DNA from: an uncultured Acidobacteriota bacterium
Lineage (GTDB): Bacteria; Acidobacteriota; Blastocatellia; RBC074
Length of the DNA stretch: 64,000 nt
Reading direction: 5' to 3'
NCBI GenBank assembly: GCA_963796275.1
Contig: CAWCKY010000006.1
Location: forward strand, 2,336,001-2,400,000
A model generated the notes under the pieces. The model was not told the origin of the DNA. It saw only the letters and a program-made list of their open reading frames with translations, and did not search any database. The stretch's first letter is position 1, and each line of letters begins with the position of its first letter. This document shows, in pieces, positions 27,230-37,424 of this stretch. A program made the translations under genes and the position numbers.

Positions 27230-30200
27230 ATGAAAAGGCTGTTTTCGCATCTGCTACTGACAGCAGTGCTATTTCTGGCTGGTTTTGGCGCCTTCGCACA
27301 ACTCGACACCGGCACAATCAGCGGCGCCGTAACCGATGCCACCGGCGCCGTGGTTGCCAATGTGAAGGTCGTACTGAAAAATGAATTGACGGGCGCGCTT
27401 CGCGAGGTCATGGCCAATTCGCAAGGCTACTACACATTCTCCCTCATACCCAGCGGTCGTTACTCGCTGCAAGTAGAGCGGCAAGGATTCAAAAGTTATC
27501 GCCGCACGGGTCTCATCCTGCAGGTCAATCAGAACCTCAACGTAGCTCTTACCCTCGAACTTGGGGAGCTTAGTGAAAGCGTGACCGTGAGCGGCGCGCC
27601 GCCACTGGTTGACACCTCCTCTGGAGTATTACGGGAGACAGTGGACCATACGCGGATAACGGAACTTCCGCTCAACGGGCGCAATGTGCTGCAACTTCAA
27701 AGTCTTCTGCCGGGCGCTGTCGCCACCGGATCGCTCGATCAGGGCGCCAACACGCCAGGGTTCGCCATCAACGGCGGCATCAGCTCAACGAACAATTACT
27801 CGCTCGACGGGGGGCAATATGTGGATGCATATTTCAATGCGCCGCTCCCGTTTCCGAATCCCGACGCGATCCAGGAGTTCACCATCCAGACGAATTCTTA
27901 CAGCGCCGAGTTCGGGCGCAATCGCGGGGCTTCCATCAATGCAGTGACAAAATCCGGGACGAACCAATTCCACGGCGGCGCATTCGAGTTCCTGCGCAAC
28001 GATATATTGGACGCGCGCCCCTTTTTCGCTCGCACGGCGCCGGACTTCAAACGCAATCAGTTCGGAGCGCATATTGGCGGGCCGATCAAACAGAACGAGA
28101 CTTTCTTCTTCTTCGCCTGGCAGGGAACGCACGAGCGAGGCACCCCGAACACCAGCACGTTTGTTGTCCCAACCTCCAAGATGCGGATGGGCGATTTCTC
28201 CGAATTGACCCGCCAAATAATCGACCCGACTGGCAACCCATTTCCCGGGAATGTGATCCCGGAATCACAGCTCAACCCGACTGCCGTGCAGTTCCTGGCG
28301 AGATTCGTTCCGTTACCCAACACCGGCCAATTCAACTATGTCGCCCCGCGCAACCGGCCGCTGGATGGCAATCAGTATGTCGCCCGCATCGACCACGAAC
28401 TGGGGAAGAATGACCGCCTCTATGGCCGTTATATGTTCACTGATGATGAGTCATTCAATCCCGGCGGTGACATCGAGGGGTGGGGCAGCGCGCAGAAGTT
28501 CCGCCGCCAAAGCATAGTGCTTAACCATACTCACACATTCAGCCCGGCGCTGCTCAACACGGCCTCCTTCACCTTCAACCGCGTGAAGGCACTGGTGAAT
28601 CCGGAACCACGTTTTCCCTGGTCGGACCTCGGTTCAAAGACGCCGCCCGCAGCGCCCGACATCGTCGGCTGGCACACCGTAAACGTCAGCAATTACTTTT
28701 CTGCCAATACCAGCACTTTCTGGGATCTGGCGCGCAATTCCTTCAATTATGAGGACACGATGAGCTGGCAGCGCGGGCCACATGCCATGAAGTTCGGCGC
28801 GCAAATCTCCCGCTCCCAAGTCAATCAGCTCAACGAGTTCCTATCGCAGGGCAGCTTCACCTTCAATGGCTTCGCCACCGGCGACTCGCTGGCCGACTTC
28901 ATGCTTGGGCGGGTTGCCAATATGAGGCAGGTCTCCCCGCTGAGCAACACGCTGCGGCAGACGCTTTGGCATTTCTTCGTTTCGGATGACATCAAGATGA
29001 ACCGGCGCTTGACGCTCAACCTGGGGTTGCGTTGGGAGCCGAATCTGCACTTCACCGAACGCGACGGCAAGCAAAGCAGCTTCCGCCTCGGGGAGAGTTC
29101 GACGGTTTATCCAAATGCGCCGCCGGGGTTGCTCTTCAAGGGGGACCCGCAACTGCCGCCGAACGTGCTCAAGAACAACTGGGCTAACCTGGCGCCGCGC
29201 ATCAGCTTTGCCTTTGATGTGTTCGGGGACGGCAAGATGGCGGTGCGCGGCGGCTATGGCATCTTTTACGACGTGATCCGCTCGATCAATCTCAACCGCT
29301 TCCCGCTTATCCAGCCCTTCGTGCTCGACAAGACGGTCTTCAACGTCGACTTCAGCGACCCTTACAGCGGCACAAACGACTTCCCATTTACGCCACCCAC
29401 CACACCCGAGCAGAAGCGGGCGTTCCAGTTCATCGAAGAGGCCGCCACGACGGTCTTCACCGAGGATTTCGCGACGCCGTACTCGCAGCAATGGAACCTC
29501 AACATCCAGCGCCAGCTTCCGCTGGATGTCGTAGTCACGGCAGCTTACGTCGGCTCGAAGAGCACACGTCTGTTCGGTTCGCATAACATCAACCCGGCGG
29601 TCTTCAAGGCCGGTGCGACGGTGAGCGACACTCAGGATCGCCGTCAGCTTCCGCAGTTCGGAGTGATCGAGGAGACGTCGACGGTCGGTTATTCGCAGTA
29701 CCACTCCTTTCAACTGACCGTCAACAAACGATTGTCTAAGGGCCTGACGGTTCTGGGGGCCTATACTATATCCAAGAACACGGGGCTGGTGGCGCCGCAG
29801 TCGGAAGGATCCCAGGGAAACCGCGATCCCTTGAACTGGAATCTGGATCGCGGTGTAGTGGGCGAAGATCGTCCGCAAACGCTTGCGATCTCGTACGTCT
29901 GGCATCTGCCCACCGGTGGTTTGCAGGGAGTGGCGAACAAGATATTAGGCGGCTGGGAATTGTCGGGAATAATGACGGCCTCGAGCGGCGCGCCACTGAC
30001 TGTTCGAGCCGGCGTTGACCGCTCGTTGACCGGGCAGAACCTCGACACGGCTGATTTGATTAGCGACCCAATCGTCTCCGGTGATCGCTCGCGTGGCGAA
30101 CAGCTCGTCCAATGGTTCAATACGTCGGCGTTCGCGCTTCCCGCGCAGGGTACGGTGGGCACTACCGGAATCAACACTCTGCGCGGCCCGGGGTTCTTCC

Positions 30201-30397
30201 TGATGGACGCTGGACTTCACCGCAATTTTAAGATTACGGAACGGATCAACCTGCAATTCCGCGCGCAGTTCTATAATGTCTTGAACCATACGGTCCTCGG
30301 AAATCCCAATACGAATCTCACGAGTGCGAACTTCGGTCGGATTCTGGGAACAGGGACACCACGCGTTGGTGAATTGGGGGTGAAATTGTCATTCTGA
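27230..30397 (+). CDS. TonB-dependent receptor, Oar-like
   Basis: GTISGAVTDATGA, LPLNGRN, DAIQEF, TKSGTNQFHG, LNLGLRWE, APRISFA, C-terminal KLSF. Confidence 0.93.
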   Translation: MKRLFSHLLLTAVLFLAGFGAFAQLDTGTISGAVTDATGAVVANVKVVLKNELTGALREVMANSQGYYTFSLIPSGRYSLQVERQGFKSYRRTGLILQVNQNLNVALTLELGELSESVTVSGAPPLVDTSSGVLRETVDHTRITELPLNGRNVLQLQSLLPGAVATGSLDQGANTPGFAINGGISSTNNYSLDGGQYVDAYFNAPLPFPNPDAIQEFTIQTNSYSAEFGRNRGASINAVTKSGTNQFHGGAFEFLRNDILDARPFFARTAPDFKRNQFGAHIGGPIKQNETFFFFAWQGTHERGTPNTSTFVVPTSKMRMGDFSELTRQIIDPTGNPFPGNVIPESQLNPTAVQFLARFVPLPNTGQFNYVAPRNRPLDGNQYVARIDHELGKNDRLYGRYMFTDDESFNPGGDIEGWGSAQKFRRQSIVLNHTHTFSPALLNTASFTFNRVKALVNPEPRFPWSDLGSKTPPAAPDIVGWHTVNVSNYFSANTSTFWDLARNSFNYEDTMSWQRGPHAMKFGAQISRSQVNQLNEFLSQGSFTFNGFATGDSLADFMLGRVANMRQVSPLSNTLRQTLWHFFVSDDIKMNRRLTLNLGLRWEPNLHFTERDGKQSSFRLGESSTVYPNAPPGLLFKGDPQLPPNVLKNNWANLAPRISFAFDVFGDGKMAVRGGYGIFYDVIRSINLNRFPLIQPFVLDKTVFNVDFSDPYSGTNDFPFTPPTTPEQKRAFQFIEEAATTVFTEDFATPYSQQWNLNIQRQLPLDVVVTAAYVGSKSTRLFGSHNINPAVFKAGATVSDTQDRRQLPQFGVIEETSTVGYSQYHSFQLTVNKRLSKGLTVLGAYTISKNTGLVAPQSEGSQGNRDPLNWNLDRGVVGEDRPQTLAISYVWHLPTGGLQGVANKILGGWELSGIMTASSGAPLTVRAGVDRSLTGQNLDTADLISDPIVSGDRSRGEQLVQWFNTSAFALPAQGTVGTTGINTLRGPGFFLMDAGLHRNFKITERINLQFRAQFYNVLNHTVLGNPNTNLTSANFGRILGTGTPRVGELGVKLSF

Positions 30398-30468
30398 TTG
30401 AGCGTCATGGAACATGGGAAGATTGGACCGGTTGAAGTGAGGGGGGCTTGTTGGGCACTGGAGGATAG

Positions 30469-31002
30469 ATGAGCGAATTGACCGATCGGATGCAGGAGCA
30501 ACAAGACGCTCGCTTTATGGAACTCGCACTGAGACAAGCGGCCGCTGCGGTAAGCAGAGGCCAGACGCCTTTCGGCGCAGTCCTGGTGGATCGAGACGGA
30601 CAGCTGATCGGCGAAGGCCACAATACGGTGCGCTCCGACCTGGACCCGACGGCGCACGCCGAGATCGTTGCAATTCGACAGGGATGGCGGCGTCTGGGGA
30701 AGTGGCAGTTGCTAGCAGGCGGCACGCTCTACTGCAGCTGTGAACCTTGCCTCTTGTGCTCCTTCGTTATCACACAAATCTCCCTCGGCCGTGTGGTGTT
30801 CGCCGCGCGCGGACGTGACGTTCCTACTTATAAGCCGCTGCTCGGCGCTGATCTGGCGGAGGCGGCGGCCTGGGTAAATGCGCAGAGCGATTGGGCGCCG
30901 TTGGAGGTGGTTGGCGGTTTCATGCGCGAACGCGCGATGGAAATGATTTCGTCATTTCCATGGTCGGAGGCTCAGGCGAGGAATGTCCTGGACACGTTGT
31001 GA
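30469..31002 (+). CDS. Cytidine/deoxycytidylate-type nucleoside deaminase (guanine deaminase/TadA-like)
   Basis: PFGAVLV, DPTAHAEI, CEPCLLC zinc motifs. Confidence 0.88.
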   Translation: MSELTDRMQEQQDARFMELALRQAAAAVSRGQTPFGAVLVDRDGQLIGEGHNTVRSDLDPTAHAEIVAIRQGWRRLGKWQLLAGGTLYCSCEPCLLCSFVITQISLGRVVFAARGRDVPTYKPLLGADLAEAAAWVNAQSDWAPLEVVGGFMRERAMEMISSFPWSEAQARNVLDTL

Positions 31003-31192
31003 TACTCAGTAATATGGATATGGCCCGCCTTTTCTTCTGGAATAATTGCAAGGCAGCTTCATATGCTTGCGCGTTCCCGCCAGATCGCTCGCGGATATTT
31101 ATTGGATATTCCATCGTAGGGGCAGACCTTATCCCTTACCCATAGAAGCCCATGGAACAGTCTGAGAATCGGATTTGTTCGTTTACTCAGCC

Positions 31193-32440
31193 TTAAGAAG
31201 CCGAACGCGATCGCCTTCTGTGCATGCGGGAAGAGCGGACGTGGACGCGCGGCCACAGCCGTTTGGCGCCGGGAACGAGGCGCAGTTTCCAGGCGGCGAG
31301 TGCGCGGCCGCGCAGTGTCGGGGCGAAGACATAGTCGAAACCGTGGGTGCGTGTTTGGTTGGTCCACTCGCGCTTCCACGGCATGTCGTCGCCGAGAAAG
31401 TCGAACTCGCGTATGCCACGGGCGATGAGGTCACGGGCGACGGCATCGACCAGGAGATGACCTAGGCCGTAGCTGGCGAGCTTGGGGTCGCAGCCGGGCT
31501 TGAAGAGGTAGTAGGTGTCGTCGTCGACGAGGGCGAAGTGGAAGGCGACGCGACGGGCGCCAGCTTTGAGGAAGTAGCACGCGAGGCGGCCGAGGGCGGC
31601 GAAGGCATGGGCGAGAGTGCGGTACCGGGCGCGCAGCCGCGGGTCGCAGGCGATTGCGGTGCCGAGCTCGCCCTTCCAGCCAGCGGCCTCGAGGGCGAAG
31701 CCTTCGTCGAGGGCAGCGTCGAGGATGGCCCTGTCGACGGCCGCGCCCGGACCATCGCCGTCGATACGCTCGAGGGTGAGCGGGCCGACGTCAGCCTCGA
31801 GCTTGCGCGCGCGCCGGCGCAAATTGCCGCGAAACTTGTTGCTAAGCTGGCTGTCGAGCTCAGCAGCGTTCGATGGCAGCAGCAGGTATGGAGAAGTCAT
31901 CGAAGGCCAGGTGCCCACCGGCAGGCGGGCTGCGCGCGCGGCGGCGACCAATCGCGCGGCGGCAGCGCACGCCGGCACCGACTGCAGCTCGACGGCATCC
32001 CAGTCGCCGCGCTGCCCGAGGTGGGTGATCAGCGCGCTCGCGGCGGCGGCGCCGGCGGGGCCGGGATCGAGCCACAGGTCGAAGCGCTGCGAGTGATCGT
32101 CGCTGAGCGAGCGCAAGAGGCGCGCGGGTACGCCCGCGAGGCGGCGGCGCTCGGCTACCAGCGGCAATGCGGCTACGATGGTGTCGCCTTGGTAAGCGAC
32201 CAGCAGGCGAAAGTCGCCGAGGCGGTCGCGGTCGCGCGGATCGGCGAGCGCGGTGGCGGTGAGCGCTGCCCAGTCAGGCGTGAGGAATGGACCCTTGGTC
32301 TGGCCGGCGGCGGCCATACCGGCGGCGAGAGCCTCCAGCGATGGGCGCATTGCCGACAGCGCGCCGCGCTCGCGCATCTCCACGACAGTGATGGGCAGGG
32401 GGCGGTTCTTTTTCTCCCATTGTTGATTGATTTGAATCAT
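31193..32440 (-). CDS. GNAT-family acetyltransferase (CelD/BcsL type); start uncertain
   Basis: PFLTPDW, SNKFRGNLRRRARKL, LEAAGWKG, YGLGHLL, FDFLGDDMPWKREW; markedly GC-richer than flanks. Confidence 0.8.
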   Translation of the reverse strand: MIQINQQWEKKNRPLPITVVEMRERGALSAMRPSLEALAAGMAAAGQTKGPFLTPDWAALTATALADPRDRDRLGDFRLLVAYQGDTIVAALPLVAERRRLAGVPARLLRSLSDDHSQRFDLWLDPGPAGAAAASALITHLGQRGDWDAVELQSVPACAAAARLVAAARAARLPVGTWPSMTSPYLLLPSNAAELDSQLSNKFRGNLRRRARKLEADVGPLTLERIDGDGPGAAVDRAILDAALDEGFALEAAGWKGELGTAIACDPRLRARYRTLAHAFAALGRLACYFLKAGARRVAFHFALVDDDTYYLFKPGCDPKLASYGLGHLLVDAVARDLIARGIREFDFLGDDMPWKREWTNQTRTHGFDYVFAPTLRGRALAAWKLRLVPGAKRLWPRVHVRSSRMHRRRSRSAS

Positions 32441-33128
32441 AGGTTCTTATTTGTCTATTTTTGCTAGTGAAACGCACAGTTCTGAGCACAGTGATCTTTG
32501 ATAGCATGTTCCAGAAATTAGGTTGTATACCTTTAACAAAATATTTCTTCTACTTGCCTGCAATCGACAGTTACCCAAGAGAGCAGATTCGAGAAGCGTA
32601 ACTCGAGCCGCTACTCTTCCCGGAGGTACCCCATTTTTATAAGGTGTTCGAAGCCAGACAATAGTTACCGCTTTTCTGGTCCATGAACTTCACGTCATCG
32701 AGGTGCCCGCCCGGGATGGACGATCGGCCTCTACAAATCGCCGAATTCTTCGGCGTCTCTCTGGCGGCCGGTATCTTTATCGTGAGCTGACGGCGACTGG
32801 ATACTGCGGGCAAACTCCAAAATCTACCCTATCAACGATTAGCGGTTAACGGTTGCATCACTTGAGCAAATGCCGAGCGCCTCGAAGGAAACTGCTTTGA
32901 GAACGAACAAGTTGAATGGTCGGCTGGCAGATGCAAGCAAAACCGCAACCTGTTGCGGTCGTGCGCTCATTTGAAATTGAAATTAGTCGCCGCTGTCCAC
33001 CATGTCCTTAGCGGACGCAGTACAGGGGCTTTTATTCTCGCGCGAAATTCCCCGCCTCCTATCCATCACGTTCGTAGTCGGTGCACGACCTGGACCCGCG
33101 GAATAACCAATCAAAAATAAAAAAACTC

Positions 33129-33167
33129 TTGACGTAATCATTTAGTCACGTTACTATTTGGTCACGT
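33129..33167 (+). promoter_or_regulatory. Sigma70 promoter overlapped by tandem operator repeats (probable ArsR/SRPBCC operon autoregulation)
   Basis: TTGACG-17 bp-TACTAT; tandem ACGTAATCATTTAGTC / ACGTTACTATTTGGTC / ACGT; AAGGAG RBS follows. Confidence 0.7.
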
Positions 33168-33186
33168 AAGAAAGGAGAACGAACAT

Positions 33187-33615
33187 ATGAAATTCGAAGA
33201 TCTAACGCTTGATATTGAGCAGCGGGTCGAAGTGAAGGCCGCGATCGGCGACGTCTTCAGGGGAGTACTGCATCGGTTTGGCGAAGGTTTTGCCAATCCG
33301 AATGGGGAGTCGATGCAGCTGATCCTGGAGCCGTGGCCAGGCGGCCGGTGGTTTCGCGACCGCGGTAACCAGATTGGCCACCTTTGGGGGCACGTGCAGG
33401 TGATGAAACCCCCGGTGTTGCTCGAACTGAGCGGGCCGATGTTTATGTCCTACCCGGCCCTAAACCATCTTGAGTTGCGGTTGGAAGAGATGGCGGGGGG
33501 AACCAGAGTGATTCTTCGGCACCGCGCGATTGGAATGCTGGACCCCGAGCATAGGAAAGGTGTCGCTACTGGTTGGAAGTACAATCTCGAAAGTTTGAAG
33601 AAAGATCTATCATAG
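33187..33615 (+). CDS. SRPBCC/AHSA1 domain protein
   Basis: LEPWPGGRWFRD, PPVLLELSG, GTRVILRH, GW; next to an ArsR gene. Confidence 0.85.
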   Translation: MKFEDLTLDIEQRVEVKAAIGDVFRGVLHRFGEGFANPNGESMQLILEPWPGGRWFRDRGNQIGHLWGHVQVMKPPVLLELSGPMFMSYPALNHLELRLEEMAGGTRVILRHRAIGMLDPEHRKGVATGWKYNLESLKKDLS

Positions 33616-33637
33616 ATCGTCTTGAGCAAGAACCTGT

Positions 33638-33985
33638 ATGTCTGATGAGCTGGACGCCGTCTGGAAAGCATTGTCGGATCCGACTCGGCGATCGATTTTG
33701 GATTTGCTGCGTAAAGGTCCGCACACCACAACCGAGATTGTCGCGGCATTTCCCCATTTATCCCGCTTCGGGGTCATGAAGCACATCGACGTGCTGCGTG
33801 AGGCCAATCTGGTCCAGACCCGCGAAGAAGGAAGACGGCGGGTGAACACTTTGAACGTTGCGCCGATCCGGCAGATCTACGAACGATGGGTGAGCCCGTA
33901 CGAAGAACTCTGGGCGGACAATTTGCTTCGCCTCAAGGAAGATGTTGAGAAGGGGCGTGTCCCGAAGCGTGGGCCGAAGACATGA
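33638..33985 (+). CDS. ArsR/SmtB-family regulator
   Basis: WKALSDPTRRSILDLL, SRFGVMKHIDVLREANLV, REEGRRR. Confidence 0.92.
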   Translation: MSDELDAVWKALSDPTRRSILDLLRKGPHTTTEIVAAFPHLSRFGVMKHIDVLREANLVQTREEGRRRVNTLNVAPIRQIYERWVSPYEELWADNLLRLKEDVEKGRVPKRGPKT

Positions 33986-34044
33986 CTCAACCAACAAATA
34001 TGCCCGCGGATTGGTCCGCGGCGCAACCTGAAAGGAGAAGATGG

Positions 34045-34809
34045 ATGGCACATCAAATTGTATCACGTGAAAAATGGATCGCAGCCCGGTTCGAGCTGCT
34101 CAAGGCGGAGAAGGAGTTGACGAGTCGCAGCGACGAGCTGGCGCGACGCCGGCAGGAGCTGCCGTGGGTTCGGATCGACAAGGAGTATCGATTCGATACC
34201 GATGAGGGGAGCGCCTCGCTGGCAGACCTCTTCCGAGGGCGGACGCAGCTTATCATCTACCATTTCATGTTCGGGCCCGACTACACGGGCGGCTGTCCGT
34301 CGTGTTCCGCGATTGCCGACGGCTACGACGGGTTCGTCATTCACCTGGAGAACCACGACGTCACGCTTATGACAGTATCGCGGGCGCCTCTTGCGAAACT
34401 CCAGGCGTACAAGCGGCGGATGGGGTGGACGTTCCCCTGGGCATCCTCGTTCGGCAGCGATTTCAACTTCGACTTCAGCGTCGGGTTCACCCAGGAGCAA
34501 CAGCGCGAGGGTATCGAATACAACTACCGGCGTGAGGCAGCGTTGCGGCGCGAGGGTTCGCAGAGCGGCGCTGATGATGAAGACGTCTTAGCTGCCATGT
34601 CGGGAACGGACACCGCCAGATACACGCGGGAGAGGCCTGGAATGAGCACGTTCGTGCTCGAGGGCGGCAAGGTCTATCACACCTATTCCACCTATGCGCG
34701 CGGAGTGGACAGCCTTTGGGGCATGTACCAGTGGCTCGACCGCGCACCCAAAGGGCGCAACGAAACAGGGGTCTGGTGGCGGCGCCACGACGAATATGAC
34801 GAACGGTGA
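34045..34809 (+). CDS. DUF899 thioredoxin-like protein
   Basis: RRRQELPW, LADLF.GR.QLIIYHFMFGP, GCPSCS, RMGWTFPWASS, YHTYSTYARG; AAGGAG RBS. Confidence 0.9.
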   Translation: MAHQIVSREKWIAARFELLKAEKELTSRSDELARRRQELPWVRIDKEYRFDTDEGSASLADLFRGRTQLIIYHFMFGPDYTGGCPSCSAIADGYDGFVIHLENHDVTLMTVSRAPLAKLQAYKRRMGWTFPWASSFGSDFNFDFSVGFTQEQQREGIEYNYRREAALRREGSQSGADDEDVLAAMSGTDTARYTRERPGMSTFVLEGGKVYHTYSTYARGVDSLWGMYQWLDRAPKGRNETGVWWRRHDEYDER

Positions 34810-35256
34810 GCGAGGCTCGTATCTGCGATCCGAATGGTGGAAGCCAACAGTGCGCAACCACCATTCGGGCTGCGATTGCTTGGTGACAGCTAAATATGGA
34901 GACAGCGTGATGAAAGATCATGGTTGTTGTGCATTGGCTGTGAGCGGATCAGGTCGCCAGACGATAGTCTCCTGAAATTTCTGCCGTTGCTCTTCAAAAC
35001 CGACAGAAGAAAAAAGGGTTTGTCACTGTTTTAATTGAATCCGCCGAGCAGCCCGAAGACTTCCTTGGCAAGTAAATCGGTCCACTGAGGTAGAAGCCAT
35101 GTCGTTGAAGCCTTGAGAATGAAACCTTCCGAGGAGATTTTCGATGTCGCCATCTAAAACTGTGCTATCATAATGATATCGGTGAGGTGTTAAATTTATC
35201 AGATATTGATAATTCGCGAACGGCAATCAAGATTCATTGGAAGGAGGAAATAGGTG

Positions 35257-35487
35257 ATGCCCGATGTGTTAGTGAGAGACCTCTCTACCGAAACGCTGGA
35301 AGCGCTCAAAGGAAGGGCCAAGCAAAACAAGAGGTCGTTGCAAGTCGAGTTGAAATTGATACTGGAGCAGGCAGCCCAAACAACGATGGTCGACGCCCGC
35401 GCGGTGGCGGCGAAGATCCGGCGCTCGCTCAGCAAGACGGCCCATTCAGACAGCGCGGTACTGTTGCGTGAGGATCGCGGGCGATGA
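35257..35487 (+). CDS. FitA-like ribbon-helix-helix antitoxin
   Basis: VLVRDL...LKGRAKQNKRSLQVELKLIL; C-terminal LLREDR; ATGA overlap with the PIN gene. Confidence 0.87.
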   Translation: MPDVLVRDLSTETLEALKGRAKQNKRSLQVELKLILEQAAQTTMVDARAVAAKIRRSLSKTAHSDSAVLLREDRGR

Positions 35488-35903
35488 AGTACGTAGTGGA
35501 CGCAAGCGTTGCCGTCAAATGGTATGTTCCGGAGGATCACTCAATCGAAGCTGAATGCCTGCTCGATGCGGCGCATGAGCTACACGCGCCCGATCTGATC
35601 GTCCCGGAGTTCGGCAATATCCTCTGGAAGAAGGTCGGGCGTAGTGAGTTGACAGCGGCTCAAGCGCGCAAGGTAGTCGAAGCTTTTATCGGCGTCCCAA
35701 TGTTCAAACACCCGGCATCGCCTCTGTTGGAAGTTGCATTCGATGGGGCGGTACAATCCGCGCAGACTGTTTATGACTGGACCTATTTGACACTTGCAGT
35801 CTCACTCGACTGTCCGATGGTGACCGCCGACGAAAAGTTTTATCTAGCTTTGCGGGGCGGAGCGCTCGCCAGCTATCTTTGTTGGGTTGCCGACATTCCA
35901 TAA
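35484..35903 (+). CDS. vapC: VapC/PIN-domain toxin of a type II TA pair
   Basis: VVDASVAVKW, E..NILWK, YDWTYL.LA, VTADEK acidic PIN residues. Confidence 0.9.
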   Translation: MKYVVDASVAVKWYVPEDHSIEAECLLDAAHELHAPDLIVPEFGNILWKKVGRSELTAAQARKVVEAFIGVPMFKHPASPLLEVAFDGAVQSAQTVYDWTYLTLAVSLDCPMVTADEKFYLALRGGALASYLCWVADIP

Positions 35904-35948
35904 TTTAAAGCTACTTCACCCCACTCTTTAAAGAGATAGAAGAACCAG

Positions 35949-37361
35949 ATGAATATGATTCGTTACACGTTAACGGCACTGTCACTGCTCGCCTGCGTGT
36001 TGCTTTTGCAGCCCGTGGAGGCAGTAGCGCAAAACAAGACATCGCGGCGGCCGAATATCATTGTGGTTTTGATCGACGACGCCGGTTATGCTGATTATTC
36101 CAGCTACGGCAATCAGCGCGTCCAGACGGTAAACATTGATCGAATGGCCGCAGAGGGGCTGCGATTCGCGCAGTTCTATGTAAATTCGCCGATCTGTTCT
36201 CCTTCGCGCACGGCAATCATGACAGGACAATACCCGGCGCGCTGGCGCATCACGTCTTATATTGACAACCGTGCGCTCAATGAGAAGCGCGGGATGGCGC
36301 AGTTCCTCGATCCAGCAGCGCCGGTGCTGGCGCGGTTCCTGCAGGGTGCGGGCTATCGCACCGGCCACTTCGGTAAGTGGCACTTAGGCGGCGGGCGCGA
36401 CGTGGGCGAAGCGCCCCTCCCCGCAGAGTACGGCTTCGATGCCTCGCTCACGCAGTTTGAAGGCTTGGGGGATCGCATCCTGCCGATCTTCGACGCGCAT
36501 GATGACACGCCCGCTCGCAAAGCGCCGCTCGGTTTGGCCAGCGAGAAGCTTGGGCGCGGAAAGGTGACTTGGCTGGACCGTTGCCAGGTGACACGCGCCT
36601 TCGTCGATCGCGCGCTTGCATTCATCAAGCAGGCCGAAGACGAAGGCAAACCCTTTTATCTGAACCTCTGGCCGGACGATGTTCATTCGCCTTTCTTCCC
36701 GCCCGCCGGTACGCGCGGCGACGGCAGCAAAAGCGCGCTCTACGACGCAGTGCTCAAGAATATGGATGCGCAACTCGGGCCGCTCTTCGACTACGTACGC
36801 AGCCATCCCAAGTTGCGCAACGACACCCTCATCCTGATTACGAATGACAATGGCCCCGAACGAGGCGCAGGCTCGGCGGGCGCGTTTCGCAACGGTAAGG
36901 GCACGCTTTACGAAGGCGGCGTGCGCGAGCCGCTAATTGTGTGGGGGCCAGGTTGGCTGCCCCCAGCACAGCGCGGCGCGTGGGATAAGACGACAGTCCT
37001 ATCGTCAGTAGACCTCGTGCCTTCGCTGCTCAAACTTGCAGGTGTGGTGCCGCCGTTGGCCGTGAAGTTTGACGGCGTGGATGTGAGCGCGGCATTACTG
37101 GGCGAGGCTATCGGCCCGAGAGCCAGACCGCTCTTCTGGAAACGCCCGCCCGACCGGCCTGGCCCGCCGGAAAACCGGTGGCCCGATCTTGCCGTGCGCG
37201 ACCGTGAATGGAAATTATTGTTGAATGAAGACGGCTCCGATGTGCAGCTTTACCACATTCTGCGCGACCCGGCAGAGTCCACCAACATTGCCGCGCAACA
37301 TCAGGATGTAGTGCGGCGACTCAGCAATGCAGTGCGCGCCTGGAGCAATACGCTTCCGTGA
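35949..37361 (+). CDS. Exported sulfatase (formylglycine-dependent, Cys type)
   Basis: Signal peptide; [41 protein letters not shown]. Confidence 0.92.
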   Translation: MNMIRYTLTALSLLACVLLLQPVEAVAQNKTSRRPNIIVVLIDDAGYADYSSYGNQRVQTVNIDRMAAEGLRFAQFYVNSPICSPSRTAIMTGQYPARWRITSYIDNRALNEKRGMAQFLDPAAPVLARFLQGAGYRTGHFGKWHLGGGRDVGEAPLPAEYGFDASLTQFEGLGDRILPIFDAHDDTPARKAPLGLASEKLGRGKVTWLDRCQVTRAFVDRALAFIKQAEDEGKPFYLNLWPDDVHSPFFPPAGTRGDGSKSALYDAVLKNMDAQLGPLFDYVRSHPKLRNDTLILITNDNGPERGAGSAGAFRNGKGTLYEGGVREPLIVWGPGWLPPAQRGAWDKTTVLSSVDLVPSLLKLAGVVPPLAVKFDGVDVSAALLGEAIGPRARPLFWKRPPDRPGPPENRWPDLAVRDREWKLLLNEDGSDVQLYHILRDPAESTNIAAQHQDVVRRLSNAVRAWSNTLP

Positions 37362-37424
37362 TAAGTCGCACTCGCCTGTTTCCGTTGACTATCAGGCGGG
37401 CAGATATTGTAGGAGGATGAAGCC

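Noticed and set aside
28841-29905. 354-aa minus-strand ORF
   Set aside because: Shadow of the TonB-dependent receptor
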